DNA of 64,000 bases. Source: Eutreptiella sp. 'Long Island Sound 2002' (Eukaryota > Protista > Euglenida). The number at the start of each line of letters is the position of its first letter. Positions within the stretch are counted from its first letter, which is position 1. Positions 1-10,802 of the stretch are shown one piece after another. The position numbers and the translations under genes were made by a program. The stretch is taken from positions 49,414,001 through 49,478,000 of the forward strand of contig OZ038378.1 in assembly GCA_964036045.1 (NCBI GenBank), written 5' to 3'. Under the pieces are notes generated by a model. It saw nothing but the letters and a program-made list of their open reading frames with translations. It was not told the DNA's origin and did no database searches.

Positions 1-404
1 ATGCGCATGGGGATGAGTGGCCCGACCGATGAGGTCCGCGCTAGACAAACCTCACAACCCCTCTTCTTTTCCACGCCATTGCCGTTGGCCCAGCAAGCAC
101 ACTCACAGCCAACCCCACAGTGGTGGCATCGGCAGGCGGCGCTTCCATTGGGGCACCGCTAAACACGGTTGTTTTGGACGCCTTTATTTATTGCGTTGTG
201 AATACTTTTTCGACGTTCGGATGAATGGTGGCGGCTGCGACCGCTGCCTTGCGTGGACCATGCAGGGTGCACGGACACCTTTTCAAGAAAGCAACAATCG
301 AATTGTTCGTGCTGCCGCCCCCTTTGACCCATCCCCATGGCCCTTTGCCCAGCCCATGTCCCCGCAACGTGTCTTGTGTGTGTTTCATGTGATACGCGCT
401 CTAC

Positions 405-1708
405 GTGTCCACTTCTGCTTCTGCCTCTGGAGGTCGTGTTACGCGTTCTGTGTGTGCTGCGCGTTTTCCGCATTCCGCCCATGCTGCCTCTGCTGTTGCC
501 TCTGGAACTGCCACTGGTGTGTTGCGTGTTCTACAGAGTCTCATTTCCCAACAATCTTTTTTTGTGATGCCACCAAAATTTGGGCCACCGCTGTACGACC
601 ATAGGCTCCCACGGGAGGACTATGCGGCCGATATCTAGTACGGTATCCGGCCAGGGGAGTCCTGGCTCATCGGCTTTACTGAGGACGAGGTGTGGGACCA
701 TATCATGGCCCCCATAGAGAATCTACAATGCCAAGCCCTACGGGACCACGGAAGGCCATACCTGGTACCTCTAGTACCTAGGTACAATGCATTTCTAATT
801 CTATTGGGGATGGTGCGACCCATGCAGGTGGACGGGGTTTGGGACCGCAAGGGCCTATTATACAAACCCTATATGGCAAACATGCTGACGCGTCGCCAAT
901 ATTACTTGCTGCAACGGTTGCTACGTACCGATGTGGTCTCGCTACTAGAAGACTGCAATGGCCAATGGGCGGGAGCGTGGTGCATGGAGGGTGGGCGGCG
1001 ATGAGTCGGTGGTGCCCCACAAGGGGATGCTAGCGGGCCCCTTGAAAATGTTTATTGCCCGGAAACCGCACCCAACCGGGATAAAGTTGTATTGCCTGGC
1101 GGACGCAACATGGGGGTACGTGGTGGACATGTATTTGTACACCGGTGTACGGGGCAGGCTACGCCGCTACGGCACTGAGGCGGGAAATTTTGATGCCAAA
1201 AACATCATGAAGTTGTGGGCATCATTGCTACCCGAGGGGACGCTGCTATGTGCCGACTCCTTTTTCGGGTCCCACGGCCTCGCAAAGGAATTGGCCGCCA
1301 ACAAGCGGGCATTTCTCACGATGAAGAAGAGGTCCACGTACGGCGTGACATGGGCCGGGGAGGTGGTGCAGGAGGAGCAGACGGCGGTGTGCGCTGTTGC
1401 GGACTCGAAGTACAGTTTGTGCGTGTACAGGAATCCGAAGGTCGGGCACAAACCCCTCCGCGTTGTGCCGATGTTGACGAACGTGTGGTTTGCCCGAAAG
1501 GGACCACCTCACCGGCGAAGCGGGCGCGAAGTGCACCCCGCGGTGGCGGCGTACCGCACACTGTCGCGCGGTGTCGATGGTGTGAACCAGATGGCCCTGG
1601 AGATGAGGCAGGTTGGCTGCCAGATGACATGGGCCCACGTGGTGCTTGCGTTTGTGCTCCGGTACGCGGTTGTGAATGCGTTCGCAACTTGCCGGCAATC
1701 GGGACTTT
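405..1708 (+). pseudogene. piggyBac-like (DDE_Tnp_1_7) transposase, 5' part; premature stop at 636-638 and a frameshift near 990
   Basis: ORFs 405..638 and 690..1004 share a frame and continue by frameshift into 958..1971. All three catalytic motifs are visible: GGDESVVPHKG...FIARKPHPTGIKLYCLAD (D1), LCADSFFGS (D2), RGVDGVNQM (D3), followed by YAVVNAF. Homology stops abruptly at 1708. Confidence 0.9.
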
Positions 1709-1747
1709 TGGGGTGTCCCACAGTAAGGGGGTGCATAGTAACCCCCC
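1709..1747 (+). repeat. Left terminal inverted repeat TGGGGTGTCCCACAGTAAGGGGGTGCATAGTAACCCCCC
   Basis: Reverse complement of 10764-10802 except at TIR positions 9-10 (CC vs AA); the inner 29 bp are perfect. Confidence 0.9.
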
Positions 1748-1904
1748 AAAAATGGACACCTCTGCCATTACCACATCTGCCCATATTGCTAGGACCTAGG
1801 CGCATATTTATGTTCTCCATGTCCAAAATAGGGGAGGACATGTGTCTCTCCGCCCGTATGCCCTCGGTAGACAAAGTTGAAGAAAGTCAGTACCCCCCCC
1901 CGTT

Positions 1905-2066
1905 TGGGTCAGTAAAGGTTACTGACCTTGGGTCAGTAACCCCCTTACTGAGCAGCAACCCCCCTTACTGAACCCCCTTTACTGACTCCGTAGCCCCCTT
2001 ACTGACTCAATAACCCCCCCCTTACTGACTCAGTAACCCCCCCCTTACTGACCCCCCTTACTGAGT
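1905..2066 (+). repeat. Left subterminal array of CCCCCCTTACTGA(CTCAGTAA) motifs
   Basis: About 8 TTACTGA copies. The same motif occurs inside the TIR and is mirrored at 10436-10612. Confidence 0.85.
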
Positions 2067-2074
2067 TTTGCGTT

Positions 2075-3313
2075 GTGTCCTTCCTGCACACTTTTGTTCT
2101 CCTTTTAGACTTTTTGTGGCCCCGGAGTGCCATGGCTTGTGCTGGGCTGCTGGCTGCCTTCCCGCCCGTCCTAACGTGGGTCAACCATGTCAATAACCTA
2201 GTTGCGACACGCGGGTACGGGGGGGCGGGGGGTGGGTTTGTCGAGCATGGTGCGGTTGTTAAGCATGCGAGTGAGTTCGTTGAGTTTCCCGCGGATACGG
2301 ATTTTGGTTCCGTCAAGGTGACTTTCCCCCTCTTCGACAAGAGGGCACCGTGTGTGCTTTCCGATTTTATCCTCGACATCGCCGCTCGCCACCCCCACGT
2401 GCCGTGTCTCCATATCCGCCTCCCTTTCGCAGAGTATGACCACCTTACCAGAGTGCTCGATAAGGAAATCACCACAACAGTGAACAAAACCCAAAAACTT
2501 TGGGTTGCACCGTTGCATGGTGCAGTTCAACTTAGTGTCCAGAAGCCGAAACCTCGCGATTTTCAAGAGGGACAATGGTGCCCCCAACAATGCGTGCAGC
2601 AACTTCGCTGTGTTCGCTCAACAGATTGTGAGGAGCGGGTGCCGGTTTACTGTGTTCACAGCCGCCAGCCACAAGCTTGGCTCGAAGACCTTCCTGGTGC
2701 AACAACACCAACGAAATACACCACCGGGACTATTTTAGCTCTAACATTACAGAGCGGCCCATGTTTGCTAGGTAGCGCTGAGCCTCGCACCGCCATCGTT
2801 CTGCCCCCTGCCCCAATGGTTAACCAGGTCAAGGAAAAGTTGCTCGAGTTCGAGCATTGGTTTGCTCAAGGTGGGGTTGCCTCGTTCACGGCAGACCTCC
2901 GCAGTGAGTTTGGTGGTTTGGACCACAAACTGCGCAAGAACATTTTTAATAGCACCATGCCCACGTATGCGCGCCCTGAGGATGGTCCCGCACGGCAAGT
3001 GGTGTACGGTGTGCCGCCTCCCCGCCTCCCCGCCTCCGGTTCAAAACACAATTGCTTGGGACCATTTGCAAACAATCCCCCCCCTTGGATCCCCACATGG
3101 ACGCATAGGGACAACTTCGAACCTCCTCACGACACGCACCATGAAAATGGGAAAATTGATAGTGGCGCTTGTGGGTCGCTCCGTAAGCCTCCCCACATGC
3201 ACTATATGTGCGGTAGACTTAGTCTAGCGCTATGGAGCACACCATTAGGACATGAGCAAAGCCTTTGCCACGTGCGACTCCATGTATCCTCCTACAACCG
3301 GAGATATATATAA
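2075..3313 (+). CDS. Orphan 412-aa ORF inside the TIR element (possible second gene or N-terminal exon of the transposase)
   Basis: Long uninterrupted ORF directly after the left subterminal array and co-oriented with the transposase. No family recognised; the true start may be the ATG near 2132. Confidence 0.5.
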   Translation: MSFLHTFVLLLDFLWPRSAMACAGLLAAFPPVLTWVNHVNNLVATRGYGGAGGGFVEHGAVVKHASEFVEFPADTDFGSVKVTFPLFDKRAPCVLSDFILDIAARHPHVPCLHIRLPFAEYDHLTRVLDKEITTTVNKTQKLWVAPLHGAVQLSVQKPKPRDFQEGQWCPQQCVQQLRCVRSTDCEERVPVYCVHSRQPQAWLEDLPGATTPTKYTTGTILALTLQSGPCLLGSAEPRTAIVLPPAPMVNQVKEKLLEFEHWFAQGGVASFTADLRSEFGGLDHKLRKNIFNSTMPTYARPEDGPARQVVYGVPPPRLPASGSKHNCLGPFANNPPPWIPTWTHRDNFEPPHDTHHENGKIDSGACGSLRKPPHMHYMCGRLSLALWSTPLGHEQSLCHVRLHVSSYNRRYI

Positions 3314-5249
3314 TGGGCGTGGGCATAGCGAAGCACATACCATGCATATAACACATACCCTCAAAAATGGCTCCCACCATGGTATGTCATGACCCTCCAT
3401 GGCCAAAACTTCAGGTTAAAAATACGTAGGAACCCAAGGAAAGTTTCTATGCAACACCGGAACTCATGCCATACACTCGAAAGTCGCATTAAAGTATCCG
3501 GTTGCATGGTCCGAGAGTTATGAACCACTTTCTACCCTCTCGACCATTATCCCTTGCTACACCGGGCATGTGTACACATCAAAGGCGTTTGACGCTTTCT
3601 AAATTAAGTTGAGACCAAGGCGATTCCAGCCCATATCTCAAAATTGAAATTCCTCGCAGTGAGCCGGAGATATGATTTTTCAAAGTGGCCTCACGAATCA
3701 ATTTTGTTTCGCCTATATCTCCAAGAGGAATGAAGGAGACAACAAAAGGAACGTTGATTCGTGATCGGGGGAAAATGTAGGACCACTCGAAATTCACCAT
3801 ATCCAGTTCAGCGACCTCGAAGTCGAAAATCCGATTCTGAATGTCTGAAAAAATCGGATTAATTTTGCGAGTGTATAACATGAAAATTGCGGAAGCAACG
3901 AACCCTTTTCTGATGAAGATTGACCCTTCATCGGGGTTTCCGCTAAAATATCTGGAAATAACAGTTAACCAATCGGTTACCGCAAATTCGCGAGCCAACT
4001 GCCAGTCGCCGATACATTGACAATCAGAACGGATAGCTGAAAAATTACGGAAACATTATGATAAAAAAACCCTGTTGATTCCTGATATTTTGATATATAA
4101 ATCTCAGCCGGCGGCGCCTCGGTATTGAATATGGCCGCTCATAGCTGGAATGGCCAAGCCTATCACACTATCACATCAGGTTAGGTCAGGTGGATGGGAG
4201 AGTATGATATCAGCCAATGGCGGCTTGCCGGCCCATAGATACACACCCCAAGTGACCAAAGATGGCCACGGGGGTCCCAACCGGCTTCATGACCCAGGAA
4301 CTCGGGTTTCAGCTTGAGGTCCATCTGTACCAGCTTGTCACATGAGGCCGGAGGTGGTAGTTCTCCGCACACCTCCAGATAGGTCCTTATAAGCCTCTGC
4401 ACCCGCAGGTCCAATAGCTTGATCTTGTCCTCCATGTCCTCGTCAGAGTGTAAGTCGCTTGCCCCCTGAGTAATAGACGTCGGGAGGTGATCCTCCACCG
4501 ACTCTTCGCCCTAGGTAGTATCCTTCAACCCTTGGTAGGCATAAAGTAGGTTCGTTCAACCATCTCCGGTGGAGGATGGCCACATAGGCACGCTCGAGGG
4601 GGTTCACATACACATTCCCCCGAGAGGTAGTCCTCCTCTGCGGTCCTCACATGGGCACCCCACACGCTCTTCATGAGCTTAAGATCTACCTCTTTTGCCA
4701 GGTGGTGATCTTCTGTTCGAGGTCCTCCTCCAATTGGGATAGATCTCCCATACGTCCTTGCTTCATTGGCCATGAGCTGCGGGTAGGCTTAGCGTAGCAT
4801 AGCTTTTTCGCCACCACCCTCCTCTTGGAGTCCACACACTCTCTTAGCCTGGATCGGGGATCCAGCTCTTTGTCCAAGGGGTCTTCCACCCTCATGGAGA
4901 GTAGGGGTTTCAGTGGCACGACGTACTCGGCGTTCTCCACTTCCTCCACACAGGTCTGCACGAAGAAGGCGTCGTGCTGAGTTTCGTCATCCGAGTGGAT
5001 AGAGCTAGGGAGCTCGGATAGTCCACACTCAGAGACTCCATCAGGAACAGGAACATGGCAGGGAGAGTTGGGGGCGTTGGTGTTAGTCAAGACGTATTCA
5101 TCTCGTCCGGGTATAGTCTCAATAGCATCTTGAGGTCGTAGTCGATCCTTCAAGTCACCAAAGGCGAGTCCATCGCTTTCTCGTTGTATAGCCTGGACCA
5201 GAGTTGACTCCAGGTCCTCCCAGGGGTTGGAGTGAGACCTGCGTCCACC

Positions 5250-5650
5250 ACGCTGAGCATACTTCCCCATCCGGGGTTCCCGATAGGCGTCTTACGCCCC
5301 AGAGGCACGTAGATAGCCTCATCAGGTAACCGAACAGAGCTGATAGTCAGCCTGTCCAGGAGGGTTCGCCAGTACTCGTTGCCCCTATGGGCTCCCCAAT
5401 CGGGGGAACACAGGACCATACGGGAACGTTTCAAGGCCACCTTGGCTGTGACCTTCCCCAGTGCAAGGAACCTGGGGTTCCCGTAGGCCATCCGGAAAGA
5501 GGGCCAGTAAAATTTGTAGCTGCAGTTCTTCCCCTTGCTGCAGTAAAGGTCCAGGACATGTTGCTTGTCGCTGGCGGACAACTCCACACTCAGGTCTTCT
5601 CTAGAGTAACCCAACTCCTCCAGACCTTGGTCTAGGACTTCCCCCAATAG
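5250..5650 (-). pseudogene. Dam-like DNA N6-adenine methyltransferase domain within pol
   Basis: LSVELSASDKQH..LYCS...W..FRMAYGNPRFLALGKVTAKV...RMVLCSPDW...YW..LL matches the VDLFAS...YANPPF...LVxPxW pattern of retroelement (DIRS-type) MTases. The catalytic NPPF reads NPRF here. Confidence 0.75.
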
Positions 5651-5849
5651 TTGATAGTCCTCAGTTCTGGAGGCCGCCATCATGTTCGAGGACTCCTTCT
5701 CCGATACCCTCAGGTAGCTCTAGGTGTGCTCCGACTGCTCCAGTGGCACGGACTCTCTCCCCTCGCCGTGGTCGACGTAGAGGAGGTAGGGCGCTTGCAG
5801 CGTCAGGGATTGTATCTGGGAGTGCTGCACGAAGCAGTCAGTCCCCACT

Positions 5850-6106
5850 ACAAAGTCGAAGGCTCAGTGTCCATCACATAGAACCAATGAGCGATAGTTC
5901 GGGAGCCCATAGGTACCTCCACTTCACAGTCCCCGCAGCTGTGCACCACATGTCCATCCCCCATTCGTATAGCCGTGGTGGTCATGGTGTTCTTCAGGCT
6001 CCCACAAGATAAAGTTTTCTTGGCCACTATAGATATAGTGGCTCCAGTATCCAATACCCCCAGCTAGGTATTCACGTCCCCCTAGTCGGATACGTACCCA
6101 AAACAC
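5850..6106 (-). pseudogene. Retropepsin-like aspartic protease (frameshifted)
   Basis: VLDTGATISIV active-site motif, then MGDGHVV and FYVMDT...FDFVVGTD-like C-terminal strand (the last across a frameshift). Confidence 0.85.
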
Positions 6107-6136
6107 CAGGTCCAGGGCCCCACCGGAGCGTCCCCG

Positions 6137-8627
6137 TCAGACCTCTGCGGGACAGGTCACCTCCAACCCCTTGTTCCGCAATTTGCGGGCCATCCTCATG
6201 AAACGGCTTCTCTTCTTAGCGTTGCCGTCATTACCACCTTCATGCTCACGCCTGGCCCCTTGTTCTCGCTGGGCCTGAGTCTGCGAGCGTGTCATGGGAC
6301 CAGACTGACCTCCAGAGGGCTCGGGGTTCCCCCCTGGATTAGGGTTGGGGTTGCCTCCGTTCTTGTCCGGGTTCTTGTTGTCCTTGTCTGGCTGGCGGTT
6401 AGCGCTTCCTCCTCGTCCACCTTGGTTCTTGTCTTCCCCTTTTCCACGTCCTTTCGACTTGCCCTTGCCGGAGTCGTTGCCGTTGCCTTTGCGTCCACCT
6501 TTGCCAGAGCCTTTGCCAGGATCCTCACCCTTCAGCTTCGCCGACAGGCGCTGCTTGTGGTAGCGCTCATCCTCGTAGTGCTTCCTCTTCCCACAGAAGG
6601 CACCGGTGATTATACACCTGTAGTGATCCGGCATCTTCACTTTGGCGCCGGTGTTGGTCTCCTGCTTCTTCCCTTGGATTACGAAGCAGTCTCGCTGCTC
6701 GCAGTCTGGGGCGTGCTGCAGGTGACCCTGCTCATCTCTGGCATCACACCAGAAGAGCTCCTTGACATTTTCCATGATACGGGCGTGTTTGGGGGTAATT
6801 GCCTGTCCAGGTCTGGAGCCTTGGTACCCTTTGCTATGGCTTCCAGAGCCCCCCCCTCCAGGACGGTAGTTTTTCAGGTGCTGGTCGCTTTCTTTCTCCA
6901 GCGCCAGCTCCAAGAGTAGCACACATAAATCTTCGTAGTGGAGGGCTCTAGCCTTGCGCTCTGCCGTTGAACGGCACTCCGCCCACAGCTCTCGAGGGAG
7001 CTTAGCCACCAACCAGAAAAGCAGGTCGTCGCTGCTGTAGGAACCGGGCGTCAATCGTCCAGCCCAGTGGTCCAAGTCAGCCAGTAGCTCAGAGACCCTG
7101 CCAGGTTTGGGGTTGTTGGGCAGCACGGCCAGGTTCTGGATCTCGGCCCTGATGGAGAGGTCGGTTTCATAGGTCGGGTATTGCCTCTCCAAGGCAACCA
7201 ACACGTCGGCAAAGGTGGCAGACTTAGTCACAATCTGCTTGACCTGCTTCTCCAGGTACTTGGTCTTGCAACACTGCAGGAGCAGATCGCACTTGACCTG
7301 TCCACTAGCGTGGGTTTGGCCGGTCAATCGGAGGAACTGGCCAAAATTCTCGGCGAACTCGCTGAGGTCCTTGCCTGTGAACTCAGGCAAGTTCACGGCG
7401 ATCTTGGAGGTGGCAATGGCCTTGGCCTCCTGAGACCTGCGTCCCCCAGGGCGCCGGGTGTTCCTCTTCCTCTTTTTCTTCTGCCCATTTGGGTTCTCGG
7501 GGTCCTCCTGGGTCGTCGTCCTCCGAGGGCGAAGCAGAAGTCATCGACGGCGGCTCATCATCGGAGGGGTCTCCGCCTAGGTCACTAGAGCCATAGGGCT
7601 CCACGTCAACCATTGCCCTCAGGGCTGTCAGCCCCAGCCGGTCCAGCTCAGCTCTCGTAGAAATCCCCACGTGGCTGTAGGGTGGCTGGGCCGTCCTCGG
7701 TACGAAAGGGCTTCTCGGTATCGCTGCAGGTGTCGGCATCGGTCGGCTCCTCAGGCTCCCCAGGGTGTTTGTCAGCTCTGCCACCAGGGCATTAGCCTGT
7801 ACTCGATGGGGTGACATTCCCACCATGGTAGGTGACGCTTGGGGCGGAAACAGCGGCTCTAGTTTAGCCCCAATCTCTTCAGTGAGATCGCCCACAAGTT
7901 CAGAGGTGGCTCCTCGGAGAGCCTCTTTTATCTCCGACCGCGTCAGGGACTTGTTGGAGGATCTCCCCGATCCTCTATTCCTGCTACCGCATGACTCAGG
8001 TCCTCTCCTCAGCCCACTCAGGGTTGCATACCCAGGAACATCAACATAGGCTCCTGTAGCCGGTAGAGGATGGTGATAGTCAGCCGCATACCATCGCGGC
8101 GCAGAACTGGAGGCCATCGGCTCGCTGGTTGTAGTTGCCTCTGGAAACGCAGTGGTAGGTGGTTTCACGCCATAGGCAGGGTAGGTAGGCATACTAGTAA
8201 AGCCTGTGCCCTGAGCCATAGGCGGGGTGGTTATGGGTGTGGATGTTGTAGCGGCTGGGTCTGGAGTTGGGAGTGTGGTGGTAGTAGGAGAGGGTGATGC
8301 GTGGAGGCCAGAAGCGCTTGGTGCGCCCTCGAAGGTCGACTCATTTGTCGGGTCGTGCCCATGGTCTACTCCTTGGTGTGCCATGCTTTCTCCAGCATCC
8401 TTCTCTCTCTCTCTCTTTCTATTCACAGGGTTGTTGTCCACTTCCTCGACTGAGAGGGCCCGGAAGGCCGACTGAAGTCCCTCCAGCGAGTCATCAACCA
8501 CGTCCACTGGCCCGTGTAAGGGCACCGAAGGTACAGCGCTAGGTCCAGGTCCAGGTTCACCAGGTGCTGGCATTGCTGGTGCCTCAGGCGCCGTCCTCAC
8601 GTCGGTGTCCTCCTTCTTTGTGTCCAT
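6137..8627 (-). pseudogene. gag-like ORF split by one frameshift near 7490; degenerate CCHC knuckle; ends in TGA at 6137-6139
   Basis: ORFs 7383..8627 and 6137..7396. Capsid-like helical region (LPEFTGKDLSEFAENF...LERQYPTYETDL), knuckle-like AFCGKRKHYEDERYHK, and a G/K-rich tail. Confidence 0.75.
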
Positions 8628-8712
8628 CTTTGCCCTTCGTGCTTATATATGACAGATCTCCGCGCATTGGATGTACGGCACGGGGTTGCTGCCGGTACGC
8701 AGAGACTGTCTC

Positions 8713-8725
8713 CCTCTTGCTACCA
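8713..8725 (-). promoter_or_regulatory. Putative primer-binding site TGGTAGCAAGAGG (tRNA-iMet-like)
   Basis: Starts with TGG and lies about 85 nt upstream of the gag ATG. It differs from the complement of the tRNA-iMet 3' end (TGGTAGCAGAGG) by one extra A. Confidence 0.55.
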
Positions 8726-9001
8726 GAAAGTTTTATAGTGATTTCAACACTGTGTTTTTGTTGTGCCTCTCCTGCTGCTTGCTGCTGGTGTAGGGTTCCT
8801 CCTGCTTGTTTTTGATGAGGAAAATGTTTTATTGTTGAAATACAACCAATCCGGGATAACCCAAGCCAAAGATAAGCAAGTAGAAGAGAATCAGGATCAA
8901 AGCATGAAGGGCTGCAGTCACAAAGAGTTAGATAAAGACAACTATCAACAATAGACCACAGCAATTAGCATACATTGCAACTCAGGATGAAATATTTTAC
9001 A
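8726..9001 (-). repeat. Putative single 5' LTR
   Basis: AT-rich segment abutting the PBS, reading TGTAAAAT... at its - strand 5' end. No second copy in the window and no CA at the PBS-proximal end. Confidence 0.3.
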
Positions 9002-9110
9002 TGTTTGAGAAACACTGATTGGAAAACTGCCCCAAGGGCTCACTTTCATCCATAGTGCCATCTTGAGATGTGCACTCTTTGTTTTTGGGTCCCATAGGTG
9101 CTGAGGCGGC

Positions 9111-10382
9111 ATGCCTTGTGGCGCTGCCGCTGTCCCACTATGGGATGTGGTGAGCACACAAGTTGCATTGGCACAACAGTGCCAAATGCCTCCCCCTACG
9201 GACACTAAGATCAAGGTCATTGTAGCCCCAGATGCCACACCCCTGTGGCGTACATCGGCCACGCGCTGCGACGTCTACGTCCACGTGTGGGGTACCCCGA
9301 GTCGAGCCAGCGATCTAAGGAGGTGGGCCACATGGTGGGCCCTTGATGGTCTTGACGATGGATGATGCCTCCGTGCCGTTGACCGGTTTGCCGGCCTAGA
9401 CAGGGAGGTTGAAGACCTTGAGAAGGATAGGGATATAATGTGGGGGGGTACAAGGTACACTTTTGAGGTGTTTGTCACCGGGGATGGAAAGCTGATGTTA
9501 GTCAGTAACCCTGGCGACAAGTGTTGGTGTTGTGGCAATGTGGGAAGCATGGTTCCCACCGATTTTGTCGAGGCCCTGTGCCGTTGGGGCTCTTTTCTTA
9601 CCTCCGTCCCACCAAGGCGGCGCATTGGTGATTATAATCATTGTGCCTGCCGTGTTTTAAATGCCATTGTGACACGGGTGGGTTGGATGGTTGAGGATTG
9701 GGTAGCAGCCGACCACAGCAAGCGTGGTGCTGTGAAGGAGTTACAGGAACTCCATCAGCATGTACAAGCTGAGGCAGAGGCAATCCCACCTGCTGAACGC
9801 TTGCAGCAGAAACAAACAAAGGACGGAAAGTTTAGTCTGACCTCTAGTGCCTTGTTCTGGAGGAATCACCAAACACCAGACAAGTTGGTTGTGATCTTGT
9901 GTAGCCACTTTGAGTGTGAGGTGGTCGGGGAGAGAGGAATGCGTGCCCATGTCCTCATTAAGCTATTGTTGCGGTCTTTCGCAGGTATGTATAGTCTGTG
10001 GAGGGAAAAGGAGTACCTCACCCCCACTCAGGTTGCCCAAGCTCAGGCACATGCCCGTCAGTTTGGCGAGTGTTGGGGTGCCTTGGGGTGGAAGCCCACA
10101 CCGTGGGCCCATTGGGCCGCGTGTCACAGTGGCAAAATTTTGGGGATGTATAGGTCTTTGTACCTGTTCTCTAGCATCCCCATTGAGTACCGCAACCGGA
10201 CCTTCAAAGTCCGGTTGAAAAACAGTATGAGAGGTTGGTGCTTGAAGAAGCCGCGAGTGACGAGGCGTGGTATGGCCCATGTGGTCAACACGGATGCACT
10301 CGCGGTGGGTGTACAATTGCGCAAAGCCAAGGGAGGACAAGGGGAGGCTTTGTTGGCACGCAAACGACGAAGGGTTGAGTGA
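9111..10382 (+). pseudogene. RAG1/Transib/Chapaev-type DDE transposase core; one in-frame TGA at 9363-9365
   Basis: ORFs 9111..9365 and 9438..10382 share a frame with no other stop. Ordered motifs: IKVIVAPDATP (D, 9231), FVTGDGK (D, 9483), CWCC, DYNHCACR, TPWAHWAACH (H pair, 10110/10125), FSSIPIEYRN (E, 10185). This parallels RAG1 CDG / YDEK / CxxC / LH / TNYFHxxxxH / SEGNE. Confidence 0.72.
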
Positions 10383-10435
10383 TATATTTGATACTTGCCT
10401 GATTTCTTCATGCCCTAGTGTTCCTACGGTTAAAA

Positions 10436-10612
10436 CACAGTAAGGGGGGTCAGTAAGGGGGTTACTGACTCAGTTAGGGGGGTCAGTAAGGGGGGGTTAC
10501 CGAGTGAGTAAGGGGGTTACTAAGTCACTAAGGGGGGCAGTAACCCCCCTTACTGAGTTGGGTTACTGCGGTAGTAAGGGTGTCAGTAAGGGGGGTTACT
10601 GAGTTTTGGGGG
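10436..10612 (-). repeat. Right subterminal array (TCAGTAAGGGGGG motifs), inverted relative to 1905-2066
   Basis: Multiple (T)CAGTAAGGGG copies, including an internal CACAGTAAGG at 10436. Confidence 0.85.
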
Positions 10613-10763
10613 GGTTTCGCGAAATCGACACACCATGGAGTTCCGGGTAAACGAAGTTATACACCTCTAGAGTGGACATAGGGAAGTGTGTTGGACCACC
10701 CAAGGTGCAGACAAACAACCGGGACACATGTTTGGGAGGGGGGGCAAAGTCAAACTCAGTAAG

Positions 10764-10802
10764 GGGGGGTTACTATGCACCCCCTTACTGTGTTACACCC
10801 CA
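10764..10802 (-). repeat. Right terminal inverted repeat
   Basis: Reverse complement of 1709-1747 with 2 mismatches; followed by TT. Confidence 0.9.

Larger units (their letters stand above)
4181..9001 (-). mobile_element. 3'-truncated LTR-type (Ty3/gypsy-like order) retroelement: putative LTR, PBS, gag, protease, adenine methyltransferase, start of RT
   Basis: Domain order on the - strand is listed in the sub-features. Coding similarity ends near 4290 after KLVQMDLKLKPEFLGH, which resembles the segment that precedes gypsy RT. No RT core, RNase H, integrase or second LTR was seen. Confidence 0.75.
1709..10802 (+). mobile_element. 9.1-kb TIR DNA transposon (RAG1/Transib/Chapaev-type transposase) inserted into the piggyBac ORF
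   Basis: 39-bp TIRs at 1709-1747 and 10764-10802 (2 mismatches) are flanked by TT at 1707-1708 and 10803-10804. Removing the element plus one TT (9096 bp) rejoins the piggyBac ORF in frame (NAFATCRQSGL-CKETTSMWEWQ). Inverted subterminal arrays and an internal transposase are present. Confidence 0.88.

Noticed and set aside
1719-1754. V(D)J RSS (CACAGTA heptamer plus CCAAAAATG nonamer-like) at the element end
   Set aside because: The TIR extends 10 bp further out, the nonamer-like spacing is 20 rather than 12 or 23, it is absent from the right end, and CACAGTAAGG recurs internally at 10436.
4181-8627. DIRS element (because of the MTase)
   Set aside because: The protease, tRNA PBS and MTase position upstream of RT do not fit, and no tyrosine recombinase is seen. 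Not fully excluded because the 3' half is missing.
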